The notes beneath the pieces are model-generated. The model searched no databases. It saw nothing but the letters and a program-made list of their open reading frames with translations, and was not told the origin of the DNA. Source: Octopus vulgaris (taxonomy: Eukaryota). From it: a stretch of 64,000 nucleotides of DNA. The DNA lies in contig OX597822.1 in the NCBI GenBank assembly GCA_951406725.2, forward strand, positions 92,070,001 to 92,134,000, in the 5' to 3' direction. A program made the translations under genes and the position numbers. Shown in pieces: positions 48,213 through 60,014 of this stretch. Position 1 is the first letter of the stretch. Each line of letters starts with the position of its first letter.

Positions 48213-49289
48213 TGTCTTTTGTTAATGACTATTTTTCAGTTGAGTGGAATCTCAGATGTTTGTTTTGTATCGCTCCTTGTTCCCTATGCCGTTGAAAATT
48301 TACTTGGTAATTTTTAAATAAATTCCATTTTTATTTCTAATCAATAATTTTCCACCAACTGAGGTATATTGTTTTTTCTGAGATGTTTTGTAAACAAATA
48401 TCAATGCCTTTTAGTCTTATGTGTGTAGGTGGATTTAAAGGACTTATTAACTAGGAATATTTCTTTCTTGTGAGGTTTCTGACATACCAGTTTACATGGA
48501 AACTTTTTTTTTTTAAATTTATAATTTTTCAGTCCATTAAACTCAGTTTTGGAGATGTTTTTAATATTTTTTTTCAGCATATTTCAATTGATTTGATCTC
48601 CAATCATCATCACCACCATGATGATGATAATGATAATGATGATCATGATAATGATCATGTCATATTACTGGGAGTGTCCATAGTGCCAGACTGGCCAAGT
48701 GGATAAAAGCATTATTACTCTTAATTTAGAAACCAATGTTCTTTGTTCAAATCCAGTCTGGTACTGTGAATGTATCCAGGGATAAGACACCTAAAGAAGA
48801 TTAGAGATCAGACTAATTACAACAAGGTATAAATGTGAACATAAAGTCTGAGAGATTATAATCTTATTAACAACTCAACTTAGACATTTAATGCTTTTCA
48901 CTCTACCAAATTCTATTTAAATATTATTGACCATTTGTTCATCTTCATTTCTGATGCATCACAAACCAGTAAACTGAAATCTTTGTTAATAAAACTTATA
49001 GCAAAACTAGCTTATCATACAAAATTTTACTTACAAAATTTTCTCTAACAAAAGTGAATAACATTTCACTTGATGTTTCTTCATAAGTTTATATCAATAT
49101 TAATGTCTCTTTTAATTCAATTAGATTTTTTTTATTGTGGTCTCTGTTTTCTTTTACCTTTTTTTTTAATTCATATGTTGATGCATTTTTCATTGCATCC
49201 CTAAACTTCCTGCCTTTTGCTTTTGTTTCTCTTAAAATCTTGGAAGTTTTAATTCAGTAACTGGGACCTTTTTCATCATTATTCAAATG

Positions 49290-52000
49290 AAGATCACCAT
49301 CATCTTCATTTAACGCCTGTTGTTCATGCTGGCATGGGTTGGATGGTTTAACTGGGCTGGTATGCTGGAACGCTGCCTCAGACTCCAGCCTGATTTGGCA
49401 TGGTTTTCTATGGATGGATGCACCTCCAAATACCAACCTCTCCAAGAGTGTAATGGGTACTTTTACGTGCCATTTGTGTAACACCAGGGTGTGTTTATGT
49501 GCAACTAGCATGACACTGGTATCTGCCATGACTGCGATTTTGCTCAGCTTGATGAGTCTTCTTCTCAAGTGCAACATGTTGCCAAAGGTCTTGGTTATTG
49601 CCTCAGTGAGGCCCAACATTTGAAAGGAACTCAGCCACTTTGCCATGAGGCCACTTTGCCACGAGGCCCAACATTCAAAGAAAAAAAAACACAGCCACCT
49701 TGCCTCCATGAGGCCAAATACTTGAAAGGAGCTCAGCCACTTTGTCTTTGTGAGGCCCAACGTTCAGATGTTCTTTATGTGCCACCAACTGGGGTGCACT
49801 TGACTTGATAGTTCCTCTCAAGCACAGCACATTGCCAAAGGTATCGGTCACAAGTCATTGCTTCTGTGAGGCTCAAAGTTTGAAGATCATGCTTCACCAC
49901 CTTGTCCTATGTCTTCCTGAGTCTACCTCTACCATAGGTTCCCTCCACAGTTCGAGATTAGCACTTCCTTAGCTGTCTTCATCCATACTCAACACATGAC
50001 CATACCAGCACAGTTGTCTCTCTTGCACACCACATCTTAGTTCTCTTATGCTGCCTAACTTTTCTCTCAAGATGCTTACGCTCTGTCTAACATGCACACT
50101 AACATTGCACATCCAGCGAAGCATACTGACTTCATTTCTTTCAAGCCTACGTATGTCCTCAGCTGTCATAACCCATGCTTCCTGCTGTCTGGTGAGAATG
50201 AAATCGATCTGGCCTGCAGAGTCACGTGATTGATAGGTTATTAGGTGGCTGGCTGTGTTGCTGATCAAAAGGTTATTTGCATCATAAAACTCCAGTAGCC
50301 TTGTTCCCGCTTCATTTCAGGAACCAATTCCATGGCCCCCATTTACACTATGGAAGATACCAATCTGCCGTCCGACATGCTTGCTGATTACATTAGCCCC
50401 AGTGTTCAAGTGTTACTTATTTTATTGACCCTAAAAGGATGAAAGGCAAAGTTGACCGTGGCAGTATTTGAACTCAGAACATAAAGTCTGAAGAGATACT
50501 GCAAAGCATTTATTTTGATGTGGTAATAATTCAGCCAGCTTGATGCATTATAATGCTGACATATTAACCAGTGTAAATATTGGCCAGCTATGACATGTCT
50601 TGATTTACACTCTACAGGTACTAAAACTTTATATCCAGAGATCTACTGTTTTAATCTCATTGTTGCAGAATCTACACTTTAGAACTACTCCAGTTTTCAT
50701 CACACTGGCTTGGTAGTTCTGGGTCAATAAGCTTTGATTTTGAACAGCTAAGAAGAAGCCTTCACTCTCTACCTTTAGTCCTGAGCTTCATATCTGTTCA
50801 ACATATGTTGCTATGGGCCACATATTTGCTATACAGAGGTTTATGTTCCCATTTACCAGCCAATTGTTCATGCACTTTTTTCTTTGCCTTTAATTTCACC
50901 TTTGCAACAGCAGTTGCCGCACTTCCCTCAGGCTGTTCAGCCTTGGTATCAGACATGAAGTCAGTAGCAAATGTTTTGCTTTCCTTCAAGACAGTATGAA
51001 GCTGTTGTGATTTTGAACAAGTGTTAGCATCCAGTTATTAGTTGTTTCAAGGTATTTGACCAGTCCAGTTGTGGTGATTTTATAAGAAAGTTCAAAGTGG
51101 ATTAAGCCATGACCTCCTTGGGCTCTAGGAAGGTAAAGATAATCCATGTCTGCCTTTGGGCGGTGTATCTTATTAACTCAGCAGCTTGTATTCTGCACAT
51201 CTAGCCTGAGCTTAAGCATATTGTTGCACACTCTGACTACCTCTATGACCTTTTCTACCCATTTCTCTGCCCACACCACCTAGTCCCTCACTGTTACCTT
51301 CCCAGAAGATTTTGTACCTATGTTTCTTAGCTGTGAGGAACCTGGCTGAAGCTCCTCTCCACCTTAACTCTTGAATGCAACATACACCAAAATACCTCCA
51401 TTCAAGCATCTCTACAATCTTGTTAGACCTACATGTCAATGTGCCAACATTTACAGTGCCAAATATGAAAAGTTGGAAAGACATGTGGGAGGGAACATGG
51501 GAAAGAGAGATGTTATTCAGCACCTGAAAAGATTTCCATGATCGTTTGATAACAGACATATCACAACAGTTGTTCTCATTTTTAACCTATTGTCATTCAA
51601 GCATGCTAAAATCCTTGCCCCTACTGAGGGTGAGAGTAAGGTAAGCATTGTAAATATAAGTATTACTGCTGCTGCAAATATAGATATAAATATACCAATG
51701 CTAAATTAAGTAAGTAAATGGGCTGATATTTGGTTAGATTAGTCCATTCTATATATAAAGAGAGATAGAGAATGAGAGAGAGAAGATGGTTTGGAAAGGA
51801 GGGACGGAGAGATGTAGGTCTTCTGGTGCAGATGTGAGGTAGAGCTCTGTGGGAGTTATCAGTATAAGGGAAGAGATTACCAGTATAAGTGAAGAGCTTA
51901 CCTGTATAAGAGGAGAGAAGGGATTTTCAGTGTTGGTGGTGGGGCAGGAAAGGGCAGGTGCATCGCAAACAAGAAATGGCTAGCTTCACCACAAGAAAAT
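49290..52000 (-). mobile_element. Rearranged RTE family A relative (5' UTR, APE pieces, RT C-terminus, 3' UTR), interrupted by 50385-51187
   Basis: GTVNVGTL..CCIQELRWRG at 51212-51559; fusion IDFILTRQQEA|WVMTAEDIRRL near 50180; ~47-bp repeats at 49600-49770. Confidence 0.85.
50385..51187. repeat. About 800-bp direct duplicate of 58115-58909 (SINE piece + Dong LINE piece)
   Basis: Near-identical by eye, with scattered substitutions and 11-nt and 3-nt indels. Confidence 0.97.
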
Positions 52001-52904
52001 CGAAGTAGCAGCAAAGGGCAATAGTGAAGCAAAGAACAATAAAAACACATGAGAATTATGTCAAGTATTTAAAGGGATACAATTCTTGAAGTTATTAGAG
52101 AAAGTAACGAATTACAAGTTATGAAGTTTTTTTAACTTAAGAGCATTAGCATATTAGTAATACATGTTAAATAAATATGAAAATGAGGAGCGATTAAAAA
52201 AACTAGAGAAGTTACGAAGTTATTGTAACTCATTAGATAATATTTTTTATAACAATAATACGCAAATAAAACTCAGTTTAAAACCATTCTTCTCTTGACT
52301 TTGAAACTACTTTTGTATTGCTGTTATATAGCTGCTGCTATTGGCCACTCCTGGAAAACTCATGTTGTTGCATTTTATATTATAATTTGTGACCAATAAT
52401 GTCATTAGTTACAGTTTCCAATGACTGTTTCACTGGGTGTCTGCATTTCAAGTGGCAAGAGAAACAAGGGAACGTCTAATTTAATTCAGAAGAAATTTGG
52501 CAAGCTTCCACAGTTGAAGAGCGCCAATTTTTCCCCACTCATTTTCATCAACAAGAAATTTAACATATGTGCACGTGCCCGAATACACACACACACACAC
52601 AAGTTCTGTCTACTAAATTCCACTCTCAAAGTATTAGTGTATCAAAAATTGCTGCAGAAGAGGCTTGTCCAAGGTAGAGGGATCAAAATTAGAACCAACT
52701 GATTGCAAAGCAAAAGTCTTTTCCACGCAGATATATTTATGCACAATAGCTATTATTGTCATTATCATTGTAAGTCATTTTTATATACTGACTTTGGTTA
52801 GACTTATCTTCAAAAATAGCTATAAAAGTAGATAGGTAGCTCGATGGATAGACAAATAAATGGGTCAGGAGCTAGATAGACAAACATATGGATAGATTGA
52901 TTGG

Positions 52905-52954
<50 letters not shown>

Positions 52955-52960
52955 TATAGA

Positions 52961-54374
52961 TTAGCTGATGTACCCGGGAAAAGCAGGGCTTATCCCTTGG
53001 TTCTGTTCTCATAATTGTTTCGCTAATCCAATAACAAAGTATGTAGCTCTTAAAACGGATTTTGTGCATTTACAGAGAATACCAAACTGTCTTTCACAGG
53101 ATCTTGTTTTTAAGAATTCTCAATAAGTTATGAATACCCAAATTGTGAAGTCAGTTATATAATAACCAAATGTGGAATTGCCTTGACCTCCTTGCACTCG
53201 GGTGTCCAGGTCAAGTAAATGGTGTTATTGAACTTGGCAATTTCTGCTGAGGTTTTCCTTTGAATTCTTTCTAGATGTCCTCTGCCATGCTGGTTTTGTG
53301 AATTGCCCAAAGCTTGTGAGGCACGCAAACCATATATCGTCAACATGACAAAATAGCTGGCGCAGCTGACTTAGTGTTATGCTGACTGCTGCTTCCTCCT
53401 GTGTCTGGTCCCAGTGAGCACCATCCTCCAGTAGTCCCTGTTTGCCACAGGCTTCTCTATAGGTCATGCAGACTTCCCATTGTGTCTTTGAAAGGCTGTG
53501 AATGATGTAGGACCTCTGACAGTGTGTAGTAGTAGATGCAGAAAATAGCACTCCTACTGATTAGGGTGCACAGTGTACACCCTCTTGATGGCCCCACTTC
53601 TGAAGATAGCATCTTCTTCTCAGTGTGTGCCTTACTTGTGTCTGTTCCATCTATTGTGTGCCCAGGTATAGTACATGGGGACTTCTACATACAACAATTT
53701 TCAGGCAAACAAATTACATTGGCATAATTTGAAGAAAGCTGTCAAAGCGGTTCCTCATGGATTCAGAACTACGTTTCAAGCATTGTCTTCTGTGAAATAT
53801 ACACGCTGGGCATTTTCAAGATCTACAGATAGATTTTGAGAAGGTGTTCCTACATGTAAATAGGGTGTGACCTTTGTGTTGACAATGCATTTGTCTAAAA
53901 GCAGAACAGTTCTTCATGCAGCACGTGTCAATTGGCTGAAGTGACATGAAAGGCATTGTCATTCATGGTATATTTGTGAATAAGTCACTAACCTAAATAA
54001 GTGGATTTATTGTTTAGGAAAATACTATTTACTTATTTAAAGGTGTACTGGATAAATTACGAAAATAACTTTAACAGTTCAAATACTAAGAAATAAGCAT
54101 ACTCAATTTGATTTATACCAAATAATATAGGAAAGTAAATGGGTTATTTCCCTTGGCTGTTAAAATTATATATATTAGTTATATATAAGGATCCATTCCA
54201 GGGACCCTATTATCAAACTTTTTCAACAATCTGAGTATACCATGAGGTTTCCAGACATGAGTTCTACTCATGTGTCAAGTTTCATCAAAATTGATAAAAC
54301 GATTTAGGAGGAGTTAGCTAACAATTCCACAAACAAACACACCCACAGACAGAGTTTCCCACATATGTAGTAGA
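52961..54374 (-). mobile_element. Internally deleted Helitron with RepHel remnant
   Basis: LENAQRVYFTEDNA, LTAFFKLC, LLYVEVPMYYTW, TYREAC..GLLEDGAHWD..QLRQLF. Termini A|TCTACTAC..CTAA|T with GC-rich subterminal hairpin. Confidence 0.9.
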
Positions 54375-56416
54375 TAGATAGTTTGATAGGTAGAGATACT
54401 GATATGTGGATTACTAAATAGTTCAGTAGGTAGATAGAAGGATAGTTTTACCCTGCATATGGCATGTGGCTGGAGTGAGCCTTGTTGCTGGGTGTTGTAG
54501 CTTATTTAGTTCACGTCTTGAAACATAGGGTTTTTCATCAAACTTTTGTCTTTTAAATTCATATTTTCTGCTCTTTGACGATTAAAGATCCTGGCAGCAG
54601 TGTTTTTCTACATCCAGCTTGCTCCCTAACAAAGTGTGCCTCTGTTATTCTGAGGCTAATTGCATTCCTCACTAGTATGCAGGATGTGAAATTCTATCGC
54701 AGTGTGGCCTTGTACAAATGTTTCTTGACTCTAAGGTGAAGGTTCCGCCTGGTTGATCCAATGTGTGCTTCTTTGCAGGAAAGCATCATAAGGTAAACCA
54801 TGTTGGATTCAAAACATGGCTGGGCCCTGTTCGTTGGTTCAGATTGGACATTGGCCTAGGCAGCATGCATCTTATGTGTGGTTGGTGTTTGAGCTTGTGG
54901 CCCTGTCTTGGAATTCTGACATGGAAGCCAGATCTCCTAAGGCTGTTTTTTTAAGCTCTTTCTCCACTGTCTCTCCATACACAGTAGGGCAAGCCAATGT
55001 AGACCCAGTGTTTATTCTTCTTTCTGTTGATCTTCTCTCTGTTGTTCTTTTTGTGTGGATCATTAATGCAGCTACTCCTTTGGTTGTTTATGGTTCCAGT
55101 CTCTCTGGTGGTATTTCAATTTTTGTCATTGCTATCGCTGTCAACACTTTTGCTGTTGTTCTCCCTGTGATTGCTATTGTAGTAGTTGTGTTGTCACTGT
55201 GGTTGTTGCTGTTGTCACTGTTTGTAGGTCGTTTGCAGTACTGATTCTGCTACTGTGTGTCCATATGGTGCCATGATTTGATAGTAGGCAGCTCTGAGGT
55301 CTTCGATATTGACTGGTCCTCTCCTGGTGTCCTTATGCTTATCTGCTTAGCATTTCATAGATTTTCTCTATAAATTGTGGCCTGTATCCTCTTAGATACA
55401 ACACACACACACACACACCTCCCCCATCTGTCTATCAATCAATCTACCTTTTTAAATTTATACCTACTTCTATATCTGCAAGCATTTTACACATCCTTAA
55501 ACTTTCAAAACTTGAAAAATTTAAAAAACCTTTACAGCTTTTAAAACTTTTATATCTGTGATCTTTAAAAAAACAAATTATATCCACTGACCTATTACAG
55601 AAAATTAAACCTCCTTGTACTCTACTACCTTTATTGTATTCTTTATCATTTTACTTATTTTTATTCTCTTTCATTTCCCCATTTTATTGTATCTTATCCT
55701 ATTTATTTTATCGTATTCTATTTTATTTCTTCTCATCTTACTCCTTACCTATCCAGCATTACCCTCTTATCTTACAAAACACACACACACATACACACAT
55801 TTACTATGAGCATTGCTTAGGGGCATCCTGAGGGATGACCTAGGTAGATAGATAGATTACTTATAAGGTATAATGCAAACCACCCTAGGGTAGAAGAGAG
55901 TTCAAAGTGTTATGAAGGGGAACTGAACCACTAACTATGTAATTGTAAAGCAAACTTCTTAACCACACAACTGTACCCACTTAGTTGAAGTCAATTATTG
56001 TTATTTTTCAAAAGAGACCAATAGTGAAATGACAGAATATTTAGTGTCAGACAAAATCTCTTGTGTTTTTCCTGATACTTTCTATTTTGGGTTCAAATAC
56101 CACCTTTGTCAACTTCATTTTCATCCTTCCTGGGGTGATAAAGTAAAGTACCAGTCAAGGATTGGAGTTTATGTAATCAACTTGTCCCATGCCCTCAGAA
56201 TTTGAAAGAATTATGATTATGATGATTATTATTATTATTATTATTATTATTGAGAGAGAGCAATGGATGGCATCAAAGTGACACTGGGGTACAAATACAA
56301 AGCCCAATATACCCATCATGACTACCCGTCTCAAAAGGGTACGCCAGGCACATGCATCATATCCATCTGTACATGACATAGTGACTTCATTTCAAAATAA
56401 ATTGTGCATGACCCTG

Positions 56417-56630
56417 TGGTGAGCTAGCAGAATCATTAACATGCCAAACAAAATGCTTAGTGACATTTTGTCCATTTTTACATTCTGAGTTCAAATTCTG
56501 CCAAGGTTCACTTTGCCTTTCATCCCTTTTGGTGGTCGATAAAATAAATACTAGTTGACACTGGAGTCGATGTAATCTACTTATGCCCTCCCCCAAACTT
56601 GTTGGCCTTGTGTCAAAATTTGAAAACACC
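56417..56630 (+). mobile_element. SINE (MetaSINE-like family); another decayed copy at 56020-56205
   Basis: GAGCTAGCAGAAT..GAGTTCAAATTCTGCC..TTTGCCTTTCATCC..GTCGATAAA. Confidence 0.8.
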
Positions 56631-56721
56631 ATCATCATCATTATTTAATTTTTCGTTTGATTTTGTTTCCATTTCTTGTCAAGTGTCTTCCTGACTTATA
56701 GGGCAAAGAAGCTCACCTGCA

Positions 56722-57340
56722 TCTATAATACATTCAAAATGAAGTTCAATCTTGCTTGCTTGCAATGTTACGTGGCCAAAATAGTGCATAATAGGAAAGT
56801 ACTTTGAAAGTAAAGTGCCCCTGAAATGTGAATACAAACAGAATAAAACAAGTTTTGCATAAATCGGACCAGTGGTTGTTGAGATATTTGGGATTTTGGG
56901 GTATAAATACCCAAAATGTTGCATAATGGGAAAATACTCTGAAAATGACTTAACCCTGAAAGGGAAGAAACTCTAACCTTTCCATTAGACACATGGAATA
57001 TTTCATAAAAGACTTGTTCATAACCTTGGTGTGAAATAGTTTTTATCCATAGGTTTCTTTTGAGTGCATTTAACTTGTCTCACCTCCAAAGATTTGGCTG
57101 CTATTTCAAGAACGCTCTCTTACCACGTAACAGGTATTTCAAGTCCTTTATCACAAATAGTTGTTACGTGGTAGCAGGGTGTTCTAGAAATAGCAGCCAA
57201 ATCTTTCCTCTTCTGGGAAAGTGAGCTGTTTATGTGTGATTTCGATGTCACATTCATTGAAAGCATGCAAAGTACCATGGAAATGAAAAAAAGCCCATGA
57301 AACAAAACTCTGGTGACCCAACGGGTCACAGGCAGTTTAG
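56722..57340 (+). mobile_element. Non-autonomous Helitron
   Basis: A|TCTATAATA start; GTGACCC-AAC-GGGTCAC hairpin 57313-29, then TTAG|T (decayed CTAG). Confidence 0.72.
57088..57206. repeat. Long fold-back hairpin (~46-bp arms), MITE-like, nested in the Helitron
   Basis: AAAGATTTGGCTGCTATTTC..TACCACGTAACA / TGTTACGTGGTA..GAAATAGCAGCCAAATCTTT. Confidence 0.9.
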
Positions 57341-57549
57341 TATATCAATAGACTTGAAGTTATGCAAAAACAAAAAAAATACATGGGTGCTAATTGTTCT
57401 CACAGCGACAATGCTCTCCTCAATATGTACGACATACCTGTTAAAATAATCTTTTGTACTTTTTGTAGGGTTAGTAAGCCAGGGATCATTTTCAAACTAT
57501 TTTCCATTCTATTCTTTTTTTTTAATCATTCCAAGTGCTCCTACAATCA

Positions 57550-57765
57550 CAGCAAGCTGGCAGAAACGTTAGCACGTCAGGCAAAATGCTTAGCAGTATT
57601 TCGTCTGTCGTTACGTTCTGAGTTCAAATTGCACCGAGGTCAACTTTGCCTTTCATCCTTTCAGGGTCGATAAATTAAGTACCAGTTACGCACTGGTGTC
57701 GATATAATTGACTTAATCCGTTTGTCTCCTCTGTGTTTAGCCCCTTGTGGGTAGTAAAGAAATAG
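57550..57765 (+). mobile_element. Full SINE (MetaSINE-like family)
   Basis: Pol III-like head GCTGGCAGAAACGTTAGC..GAGTTCAAATT plus the central domain seen at 16775. Confidence 0.85.
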
Positions 57766-57774
57766 GTATTACAA

Positions 57775-59311
57775 CTGCCTTGTGACATTATTTCGATTTC
57801 AGTGAGCAAATCTTTATATTTTTTGAGCTTGTCAAATTCTTTTGCCAACATATTATGATCACAAGGAAAACTCATATTGATCAGTAAACAAACTTTATTT
57901 ATTATTTTGGTCTTTTACAACAATACCCAGTTTATTAACTTTGATGCTTCTGTCTATATGTACTGGAAACTCCCAAAGAGTTAAATTTTCTCCCTCAGTT
58001 ACATCCTCAGAGTGCTGCTAATACCACTTGTCAACAGTTTTGATTTTTTTAATATCGATATATCAGTTTCAAATGTTGGCACAAGGCCAGCAATTTCAGA
58101 GGAGTAGGTTAAGTTGATTACATTAGCCCCAGTGTTCAAGTGTTACTTATTTTATTGACCCTAAAAGGATGAAAGGCAAAGTTGACCGTGGCAGTATTTG
58201 AACTCAGAACATAAAGTCTGAAGAAATACTGCAAAGCATTTATTTTGATGTGGTAATAATTCAGCCAGCTTGATGCATTATAATGCTGACATATTAACCA
58301 GTGTAAATATTGGCCAGCTCTGTCATGTCTTGATTTACACTCTACAGGTACTAAAACTTTATATCCAGAGATCTACTGTTTTAATCTCATTGTTGCAGAA
58401 TCTACACTTTAGAACTACTCCAGTTTTCATCACACTGGCTTGGTAGTTCTGGGTCAATAAGCTTTGATTTTGAACAGCTAAGAAGAAGCCTTCACTCACT
58501 ACCTTTAATCCTAAGCTTCATATCTGTTCAACATATGTTGCTATGGGCCACATATTTGCTATACAGAGGTTTATGCTCCTATTTACCAGCCAATTGTTCA
58601 CACACTTTTTTCTTTGCCTTTAATTTCACCTTCTTTGCAACAGCATTTGCCGCACTTCCCTCAGGCTGTTCAGCCTTGGTATCAGACATGAAACCAGTAG
58701 CAAATGTTTTGCTTTCCTTCAAGACAGTATGAAGCTGTTGTGATTTTGAACAAGTGTTAGCATCCAGTTATTAATTGTTTCAAGGTATCTGACCAGTCCA
58801 GTTGTGGTGATTTTATGAGAAAGTTCAAAGTGGATTAAGCCATGACCTAGGAAGGTAAAGATAATCCATGAGTGCCTTTGGGCGGTGTATCTTATTAACT
58901 CAGCAGCTTACATATTTTTCTGTCAATTTTCTTTATTTCACTGATAGTCCAGTTCATCACTTTGAATCACTTAGTAACAACTGGAACTGCTAAGGAATTT
59001 ATGGATAACATCTTGGTATGTGCATTTAGCTCAGATTTCAGAACTGTTTGAACTCTCCTATGACATTCCTTCATGATCTTCTCTTTCATGATTACATGCT
59101 AAATGTCAGACTTTTTTTTCGCCCTAGGTATTTATAAGTTTGTTCCTGCTCAAGTTCTTTTATAATTGTCAACATCTAACACATCTGAATTTGTGATCTT
59201 CAATTTCCCTTTCTGGAAAGTGACTAAGGCACATCTATCAAGACCAAACTCCATCCTGATGTCATCACTGAATACTTTCACTGTATATAATAGAGTTTTA
59301 GGTCAACCATA
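57775..59311 (-). mobile_element. R4/Dong-clade LINE remnant (RT C-terminus, Zn knuckle, RLE), interrupted by a SINE at about 58060-58280
   Basis: FSDDIRMEFGLDRCA, YKYLG, KSELNA, CRFC, PCDHN..KEFDKLKKYKDL; WEHKPL in the duplicate copy. Confidence 0.85.
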
Positions 59312-59975
59312 TACAAGGGTCAGCTGAAAAATTCTTTAAATACTTTAATGGAATGCGACCAAATGAAATTTATTTTTCAACATAATCCCCCTTGTGGTTC
59401 ATACACTTCTTCTATCAGTGTTGCAATACTTGGATCACATTAGTGACAGAGCTTCTATCCTGTTAGTCACAAAGGTCATCAACGTTAGATATGACATCAT
59501 TACTGAGACACTGGTTCCCAGTCAAGAGTTTTTTCATGTTGGGGAATAGATGATAGTCAGATGGGGCTACATCAGGGGGATAGGAGGGTAATTAACCAGT
59601 TCAAAGCCACAATCACACACAGTAGCCTTTAAAACCAAGGACTTGTGTGCCTGAATGTTGTCCTCATGAAACAAGATCCCCTTTCATCAGTTTTCTTGGG
59701 CATTTGGTCTTGATAGCTTCTTGTAACTGCCCCAGCAGGTAGGTATAGCACTTTCCTGGCCCTTTTGAGCATAGTCAATAAACACAATGCCTTTCGGAAC
59801 CCAACAGACTGAGGCTGTCACCTTCCCTGCAGATGAAATGACCGTAGCCTTCTTTGGAGCAGGTAGGAGGGGTGTTTCCATTACATGGATTGTCTCTTTG
59901 TCTCTGGCACAAAGTAATAAACCCAGCACTCATCCTAGGTTAGAAAATGTTCAAGGAAACTTGTGTGAGAGTATG
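59312..59975 (-). mobile_element. mariner transposase remnant with one TIR
   Basis: DECWVYYF.PETK, SAGKVTASVCW..GIVFIDY, FHEDN..AH, PDVAPSDYHLF; TA-CAAGGG terminus at 59312. Confidence 0.88.
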
Positions 59976-60014
59976 ATGCTCCCTTGTGAGAATGGATTGG
60001 ACTACTACATATAA

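Noticed and set aside
54480-55380. Hydrophobic 142-aa ORF 54816-55244
   Set aside because: Antisense of an A/C-rich low-complexity stretch, probably a decayed LINE ORF1 region; no supportable call.
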